DNA from: the human T2T-CHM13v2.0 reference genome, Homo sapiens
Assembly: GCF_009914755.1 (NCBI RefSeq)
Contig: NC_060937.1
DNA length: 64,000 bases
Strand: one strand, 5' to 3'
The notes beneath the pieces are model-generated. The model was given only the letters and a program-made list of their open reading frames with translations. It ran no database searches and was not told the origin of the DNA. Below are positions 56,090 through 64,000 of this stretch, in pieces; positions within the stretch are counted from its first letter, which is position 1, and every line of letters starts with the position of its first letter. Position numbers and translations under genes: made by a program.

Positions 56090-59000
56090 AAAAATACGCT
56101 TGGCTGGTAGATGCAGTCCGCCGCCGCCGCTGCCTCAGCCAGCAATGCAAGATTAGATCTCTAAATGCAGCAAAACACTGCCTGAAAACAGACCGGCCCG
56201 CGCAGCAAGCAGACATTTCACGGTGCGCTGGGGAAGCTTCAAAATATATCTGTGACTCTGTCTTCGTTGCTCTTCATCCCCATCAATTTCATCACGGGAG
56301 GCGAGCAGCAAGTAAGAATTTCACTTTCGGATCTGCCTAGAGACACACCTCCCTGCTCCCTCCCCCACTCGATGTGAAGAGTATTCCGGAGTCTCCGGGC
56401 GGGAGTAGATTTGCAGCACCCTAGCGGGAGCGAGGAAAACCTACTGATTCTTTAGCTCATTATCATCTCTCCCAGACGAGATTTCCTTCTTATCGCCTGC
56501 CTCATCGCTCAAGTTTGAGCCTCCCGAAGTCCGGGCGGGAGAGACGAAACCCCTGGCTCACCCCCAGCCGCAGGAAGCCACCGCCTTGCTCCAAGCCCCT
56601 GCAGCTCTGCTGCACCGCAGCTTCTCACCCAGTGCGGATGCTGTAGATCAACAGGTTCAGGGAACTTGAGCAGAATAAGGAGAGACCACCGGGTGCCGCA
56701 GCTCGGGTGCAGAGGGAAAAAAGGACCCATAGACTTGTGGCTCGCGTCGCGCGCGCACGCTGCGCCAGGGCCCCAGGCTGGCGCGCACTCCCTCTCTGGC
56801 TCCTCCAGTCCGATTGCTCCTGCCCCCACCTTACAGGTCTGGGATGTACCTTTCCATCTGTTGCTGCTTTCTTCTATGGGCCCCTGCCCTCACTCTCAAG
56901 AACCTCAACTACTCCGTGCCGGAGGAGCAAGGGGCCGGCACGGTGATCGGGAACATCGGCAGGGATGCTCGACTGCAGCCTGGGCTTCCGCCTGCAGAGC
57001 GCGGCGGCGGAGGGCGCAGCAAGTCGGGTAGCTACCGGGTGCTGGAGAACTCCGCACCGCACCTGCTGGACGTGGACGCAGACAGCGGGCTCCTCTACAC
57101 CAAGCAGCGCATCGACCGCGAGTCCCTGTGCCGCCACAATGCCAAGTGCCAGCTGTCCCTCGAGGTGTTCGCCAACGACAAGGAGATCTGCATGATCAAG
57201 GTAGAGATCCAGGACATCAACGACAACGCGCCCTCCTTCTCCTCGGACCAGATCGAAATGGACATCTCGGAGAACGCTGCTCCGGGCACCCGCTTCCCCC
57301 TCACCAGCGCACATGACCCCGACGCCGGCGAGAATGGGCTCCGCACCTACCTGCTCACGCGCGACGATCACGGCCTCTTTGGACTGGACGTTAAGTCCCG
57401 CGGCGACGGCACCAAGTTCCCAGAACTGGTCATCCAGAAGGCTCTGGACCGCGAGCAACAGAATCACCATACGCTCGTGCTGACTGCCCTGGACGGTGGC
57501 GAGCCTCCACGTTCCGCCACCGTACAGATCAACGTGAAGGTGATTGACTCCAACGACAACAGCCCGGTCTTCGAGGCGCCATCCTACTTGGTGGAACTGC
57601 CCGAGAACGCTCCGCTGGGTACAGTGGTCATCGATCTGAACGCCACCGACGCCGATGAAGGTCCCAATGGTGAAGTGCTCTACTCTTTCAGCAGCTACGT
57701 GCCTGACCGCGTGCGGGAGCTCTTCTCCATCGACCCCAAGACCGGCCTAATCCGTGTGAAGGGCAATCTGGACTATGAGGAAAACGGGATGCTGGAGATT
57801 GACGTGCAGGCCCGAGACCTGGGGCCTAACCCTATCCCAGCCCACTGCAAAGTCACGGTCAAGCTCATCGACCGCAACGACAATGCGCCGTCCATCGGTT
57901 TCGTCTCCGTGCGCCAGGGGGCGCTGAGCGAGGCCGCCCCTCCCGGCACCGTCATCGCCCTGGTGCGGGTCACTGACCGGGACTCTGGCAAGAACGGACA
58001 GCTGCAGTGTCGGGTCCTAGGCGGAGGAGGGACGGGCGGCGGCGGGGGCCTGGGCGGGCCCGGGGGTTCCGTCCCCTTCAAGCTTGAGGAGAACTACGAC
58101 AACTTCTACACGGTGGTGACTGACCGCCCGCTGGACCGCGAGACACAAGACGAGTACAACGTGACCATCGTGGCGCGGGACGGGGGCTCTCCTCCCCTCA
58201 ACTCCACCAAGTCGTTCGCGATCAAGATTCTAGACGAGAACGACAACCCGCCTCGGTTCACCAAAGGGCTCTACGTGCTTCAGGTGCACGAGAACAACAT
58301 CCCGGGAGAGTACCTGGGCTCTGTGCTCGCCCAGGATCCCGACCTGGGCCAGAACGGCACCGTATCCTACTCTATCCTGCCCTCGCACATCGGCGACGTG
58401 TCTATCTACACCTATGTGTCTGTGAATCCCACGAACGGGGCCATCTACGCCCTGCGCTCCTTTAACTTCGAGCAGACCAAGGCTTTTGAGTTCAAGGTGC
58501 TTGCTAAGGACTCGGGGGCGCCCGCGCACTTGGAGAGCAACGCCACGGTGAGGGTGACAGTGCTAGACGTGAATGACAACGCGCCAGTGATCGTGCTCCC
58601 CACGCTGCAGAACGACACCGCGGAGCTGCAGGTGCCGCGCAACGCTGGCCTGGGCTATCTGGTGAGCACTGTGCGCGCCCTAGACAGCGACTTCGGCGAG
58701 AGCGGGCGTCTCACCTACGAGATCGTGGACGGCAACGACGACCACCTGTTTGAGATCGACCCGTCCAGCGGCGAGATCCGCACGCTGCACCCTTTCTGGG
58801 AGGACGTGACGCCCGTGGTGGAGCTGGTGGTGAAGGTGACCGACCACGGCAAGCCTACCCTGTCCGCAGTGGCCAAGCTCATCATCCGCTCGGTGAGCGG
58901 ATCCCTTCCCGAGGGGGTACCACGGGTGAATGGCGAGCAGCACCACTGGGACATGTCGCTGCCGCTCATCGTGACTCTGAGCACTATCTCCATCATCCTC

Positions 59001-59400
59001 CTAGCGGCCATGATCACCATCGCCGTCAAGTGCAAGCGCGAGAACAAGGAGATCCGCACTTACAACTGCCGCATCGCCGAGTACAGCCACCCGCAGCTGG
59101 GTGGGGGCAAGGGCAAGAAGAAGAAGATCAACAAAAATGATATCATGCTGGTGCAGAGCGAAGTGGAGGAGAGGAACGCCATGAACGTCATGAACGTGGT
59201 GAGCAGCCCCTCCCTGGCCACCTCCCCCATGTACTTCGACTACCAGACCCGCCTGCCCCTCAGCTCGCCCCGGTCGGAGGTGATGTATCTCAAACCGGCC
59301 TCCAACAACCTGACTGTCCCTCAGGGGCACGCGGGCTGCCACACCAGCTTCACCGGACAAGGGACTAATGCAAGCGAGACCCCTGCCACTCGGATGTCCA
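56090..59400. promoter_or_regulatory. Main CpG island spanning the 5'UTR and first coding segment
   Basis: Sustained high GC/CpG content that ends sharply after 59408. Confidence 0.88.
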
Positions 59401-59408
59401 TAATTCAG
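56844..59408 (+). CDS. PCDH17: Protocadherin-17, first coding segment (855 codons; signal peptide, EC1-EC6, TM, proximal cytoplasmic tail); CDS continues in exons beyond the window
   Basis: MYLSICCCFLLWAPALTLKNLNYSVPEE start recognised; cadherin motifs PE, DRE/DYE, DxNDNxP, DxD; EC1 C-X5-C (CRHNAKC); TM LPLIVTLSTISIILLAAMITIAV; phase-0 donor CAG|GTAGGA at 59408/59409. Confidence 0.97.
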
Positions 59409-62400
59409 GTAGGAGACTTTTAGCATAACTGGGAGTTCACTTTATTGCTGGTTTTGGAGCTGTCCTGAAACCTTTGGAACAGGGCAAGCCACTCTGCCAG
59501 CAGCAGTGAGGGGGAAAAATAATTAAATGAAAACGGTTTACACTTTTGACACTGTGTATACATCATATTCTACATATAACCCCTCCCATGTAAATAGTCT
59601 AAACTCTACCAAACGTAAATATCTTACTGTTTCATTTTAAAATTTATTTTTATAGGTTTAAAAATGTTAGCAGTGTTCAATAATAATAGCTTATTTTACT
59701 TACTTTTATTTGTTGGTTTACATTTCTTTTCATAAAAAGGAATTCCCAGAGCAGAAAAAAATGTTTTAGTTAATTGTCTTGAAAATATTTTTATTCTGTT
59801 TTTTTAAATGATGCCAAAAATGAAAGGAACTTATACCCAACTATTAAGAAGTTAACTTCTTTAAGTACAGAATAACAACCAGTCAGAATTTCAGAGTTCA
59901 TTCAATTTGAACTAACTTTTCATCCTTAAAAAGTCAGCTTTATATTTTAAAGGTGCTTTAAAGAACATGAATCTCACTTATTCTTCATCATTACATTATG
60001 GTAAAACTGCAGCATAATGCATTAATACAGCTTAAGCTTTTCAAATGTGAGTTATACTCTGAAGCACTTTGAAAAGTTTGAATACATGCAGGCTCTGCAT
60101 AATGACTAGTAACTATCTATGAAAAGTTTGTATTTGTTTTGTCCTGTGGTTACCGTGATCTGTTTCTTGGAGTCACTGAGGAATGAAAGGAATACAGCAG
60201 AGGACCAGAGGCTCATTTTGCGCTACTGAAAAAAGGAGGCAAAGTTACACTGAAGGCACTTGATGTGCCAAAATGAATTCATGATGCATTTAGTTTGCAT
60301 AGTGTGTATATTAAGTATATCTAAGTGATATTTAATATATATAAGATAGTATGCTTCAAAGTTATTGATAATACCACAAAACTAAATGACTGACCCAGCT
60401 TGGACATAGATTCTAACAGCAGCAGGTGACTATACCATGTCTAGTCATTGTCTTGTTTCTTTTACCTACTATTGAGTTGTGTCACAGAAAAACTTCATTC
60501 TTGCTTATTATAATTGTATGTTGCAACAAATTACTCTGGATGAGCAGTATGTGGAATTCAAAATTGAGCTTAACTGAAAGTGACACCGCAAGAGGAAGAT
60601 TAGTTTGGGGCAAGTGGAAATAATTTGTTCATAATGTTATGCTTTGAAAAGCAAATAACTTTTGATGACACTGGACTCAATAATGTTTTTATTGTTAAAA
60701 TGGAGCAGTAATATTTCATAATCTTATTCTTTCTAACATAATAAGTATACCAAATACTAATACTTAGCAAAATATATTTTCCTATAATAGTATAATGTCC
60801 TTGTAAAACAATCTCACACTTGACACTACTAAATATTAAAATATCAATTGTAGTATTAAATCTCACTTCTAATAGTGTTTACTATACATCAGTAATCATA
60901 ATTTTTTAAGGTCTATATAAAACTGAAAAAGAAATTCTCCACTTTAAAAAAATGTGGTTTCTATGAAAGTATTTCTGTGACTGTGTAAAACTGGTATTTA
61001 TGATAATCAATACGTATTTAGAAGGAAATATTAAAACACATATTTAAAGATTTGCTACAGTCATTTTATAAATACACATATGTTAAATACCTTTCTTATA
61101 TTTTTACCATTGAGAATTACAAAGATGTCACAGAGGGTTAATGCTTAGTCTTCCATTTAAAGTGCTGTGAGTTGAATTTTCATTTAGTTTCCAGTAAAAA
61201 TGAAGGTGGTGCAGAATTTTCAACAAGCCTGATTCCTTTGTTAGACTAGTGGGGAACAATCTTGGATTGAAATATCCAGAGATTTTGAGAGATAGTGATA
61301 CCTGTAGTATATTGCACCATGCTGTTCTTGAAGGTGGTCATTGCTTAAGGAGGAATAGGATAATGATTCCTCTCATTGACAGTAAAACTCAAGCCAAAGC
61401 AAATACACACGTGCGCACACACACACAGAATGTAAAGAGAAAACTTTTTTTAACATTCTGTTTCTTCTAGATTCTTAATTCATGCCATAAAGACACAAAC
61501 TATGTTTTTGTTTTAAGTCCTTGAAATGTTTTGCACAGTGGCTAATTTTCCCATATTGCTTCTACCCTAGAAATATCCTCAACATGCATTGTTTAAACTT
61601 TTTTTTAATTCAGTTTTTGTAATCGTCTAAAGGATGCTTTGTAAGTTCTTAATATGTTAATTCTCTTTCAAATATATCAGGTTTATCTCAATATTAATTA
61701 TGGGGAGCAGAGTAAATTAACTACAGGGACAGTCTTTTTTTTTTTTAAACTAGTGTGTCGCAAACACACTGTGCTAAAGTGACATGCTTAAATTAAAGCA
61801 TTTAGGTATCCCATAATCTTGTTTCAGGTGCTTTTATTAGTGTATATATGTAATACAGCATCCTAAGGAAACACACTATTAATCTCATGTGTATTTCTGA
61901 AGGTAGAATTTTAATCCACAGAGTGCACTTAGCCTAACTGCTACTAGGTCTGGTTCATCTTCATTTTATAGCATCTGTGTTCTGTTTGGAAGTACAGAGT
62001 ATTCTATTGATGGAATGAAAAGAATTTCATAATTGTGTTGAGATACACTGGTACAGTGCGGTGATATGAAATTTAGGAACTTTATGATTTATGAAGCTCA
62101 CATTAAAGCTAAAGTTAAGATTTAAGTATCAAAGCATTTTGTGTGGGTCAAAGGGCCTAAAATGTTAAGGTTAATGCCTGTAGGTTCTCCTTAGGCATAG
62201 GAGTACTTTTACTGAGTATGGATGCTAAGCATTCATATAAGCTGATACAGAAACAGTGATGTTTGTGAGAAGAGATTTGATTTCAGGTGTTTTTCAAGTT
62301 CCTCAGAAAAATTAAAGTATAAAGTGTTTAAACAATAGATTAGCAACTAAATACCCACAATAGTGTGAATCATAATAAAACACAGTTATAATTAAATATT

Positions 62401-64000
62401 TAAGTCTTTTTAAACATATAAAACTGATTTTGAAGAATAGGAGCACAGGTTTTGTAGTACATAAGGCAAATAGATTGTTATACAAATTTATAAGAGCACT
62501 TTTTATAGGAGCAATATTCCTGTGAATTATTTTATGTGTTAATATGAAATCTAAAGTCAAGTAAAGAGTTTATTACTAGTTCTCAAGAATAACTGCTTAT
62601 CGTGATTTATCAAGAATTAAGTGCTAAGTCTCAGGGTGACTTCTCAACAGGTGTTTTCAATGAAGGCCTTGTAGGAAAGAGAGGAGGAGGCTGGGGACTT
62701 CTCACTGATGGGAGACTTCCCAGTTTTGTTTGAACATCTGTGTTTTCACATTTTTTGTAGCACTACTACAAATCATTTTAATATGCTCTCATAGAAGGAA
62801 ATATATTGAGCCAGCAGAATAAGATCTACTAAAATAAATTTTGAAAAGGAATACATTCTTACTCAGTGTTTTACAAATCAATTTCAAACGATTCACATTT
62901 GGGTTGACTTTAGAGTCTTTATGCTAGGAAGATAAAATCCTTTTGATAGATGTACATGGCCTTTTCAATAACAGGGAATTAAGCATATGGTAAATACCTA
63001 GAGCCAATCCAAATATATAAAAATGATATTGAAGTGTAGAGGACTAACGTATCATAGTGTAAACAATAAACTCAATATTGCAGAGTAAAAAGGTGAAAGG
63101 AGACTCCATCTTTAATAGCAACATTACCCGCTGTATGCCTTTATTCCCACTTTGCTCTAGTACAGGAAGATCTTCACTATGGGGACTTATTCAGATAAGT
63201 TCCCAAGATCATGATCTTCAAAATTTCATACTCTAGCCTATTAATGATTTCAGTAACAAATACAAAGTGCGTGAACAATTTATTTTGGTATTTATAATTT
63301 TGGAGATATTTTGCTATGATTTTTATTCTAAGACAGCTCTTTAATTAGTATATGCATTAGTTTCCATAAACTATATATACATCTCTACTTGTAGGCATTC
63401 TGGTATCTTGAGTAGGAAAGGAATGTCCCTTTCTTACTCTGTGCCTTCTGGATTGTTTAGTTCACTCATCCTTTTTCTTAAATATTTTGAAAAGGTAGAA
63501 TGAGTAATTCCTACTTGAGAGTACACAATAATTACATATTTCTTTTTCTGTTTTATCAGGCATTAAAAGTAGTGTAAAGTAAATAAACTTAATTTAAAAT
63601 ATAATCAGATATTCAATGTTTAGAGTTTTTTTGGAGAAGAGTTTATAACCCCTAAAAGTCCAAAAATTGTTATCATCATTATTATATTGTTACTTTTATT
63701 TTTATATGCATTTATGAAAATTTTAGCTCCAATTTTAATGTGGCATTTCTCTATTTCCCAATAAATGAAAACACAGAAAGTATAAAGCTAGAAACCAGAG
63801 AATCTTGTTTTTAATATTAACTAATATAACTCTTTGTAATGTATTAACTTCTTGATTCCATTAGCTTTTGGTTTTCGATAAAATTTTCAAAATGCAAGCT
63901 AGGTAATATTTTACCATTCTTGTATTGAGATTATAATCCTTCAGTCTTTTGAAAATGTCAGGAGTAAGATAATTTTTAATTTTACTTGAGTTGTGTGAGT
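59409..64000 (+). other. Start of the PCDH17 intron following the large coding exon
   Basis: GT donor; AT-rich; no further protocadherin-like coding sequence seen. Confidence 0.88.

Noticed and set aside
53736-56340. Promoter-region ORFs of 60-132 aa
   Set aside because: Several have non-ATG starts or low complexity and none has recognisable homology; long open frames are expected in GC-rich DNA.
56814-56843. 10-aa N-terminal extension (MLLPPPYRSG) in the ORF track
   Set aside because: It starts at TTG, lies in a polypyrimidine/acceptor tract, and the signal peptide begins at ATG 56844.
56874-59426. Antisense and alternate-frame ORFs of up to 198 aa over the PCDH17 exon
   Set aside because: Expected shadows of GC3-rich coding sequence; no recognisable domains.
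61752-61770. AGTGTGT-cgcaa-ACACACT inverted repeat
   Set aside because: A 7-bp low-complexity stem is expected by chance in 64 kb.

Overview
This is primate (very probably human) genomic DNA at the 5' end of PCDH17, a delta-2 protocadherin. About 1-50.7 kb is AT-rich upstream sequence filled with repeats: a near full-length minus-strand L1PB-type element plus a second, different L1 5'UTR, about 12 Alus, L1PA/L1M fragments, L2, MIR, MaLR and ERV1 LTRs, a MER2-type DNA transposon and a tRNA-Ile-headed MamSINE1-like SINE. From about 50.7 kb I recognise no transposons. That stretch holds (GT)n tracts, a CpG-rich promoter (~53.7-56.8 kb), the 2565-nt first coding segment (56844-59408; signal peptide, 6 cadherin repeats, TM, juxtamembrane tail) and the start of the next intron. 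Nearly all other ORFs in the track are repeat-derived, shadow or chance ORFs. I found no new gene or unambiguously novel biological system. The best leads are regulatory and are hypotheses: an upstream core promoter followed by three poly(A) hexamers, a uORF cluster with a potentially retained 525-nt 5'UTR intron, a read-through/intronic-polyA short isoform, a divergent CTCF pair, and a motif-dense candidate enhancer next to the ancient SINE. A doubly truncated, tailless L1 fragment is also notable. Repeat subfamily names come from recalled consensus features, not a search.
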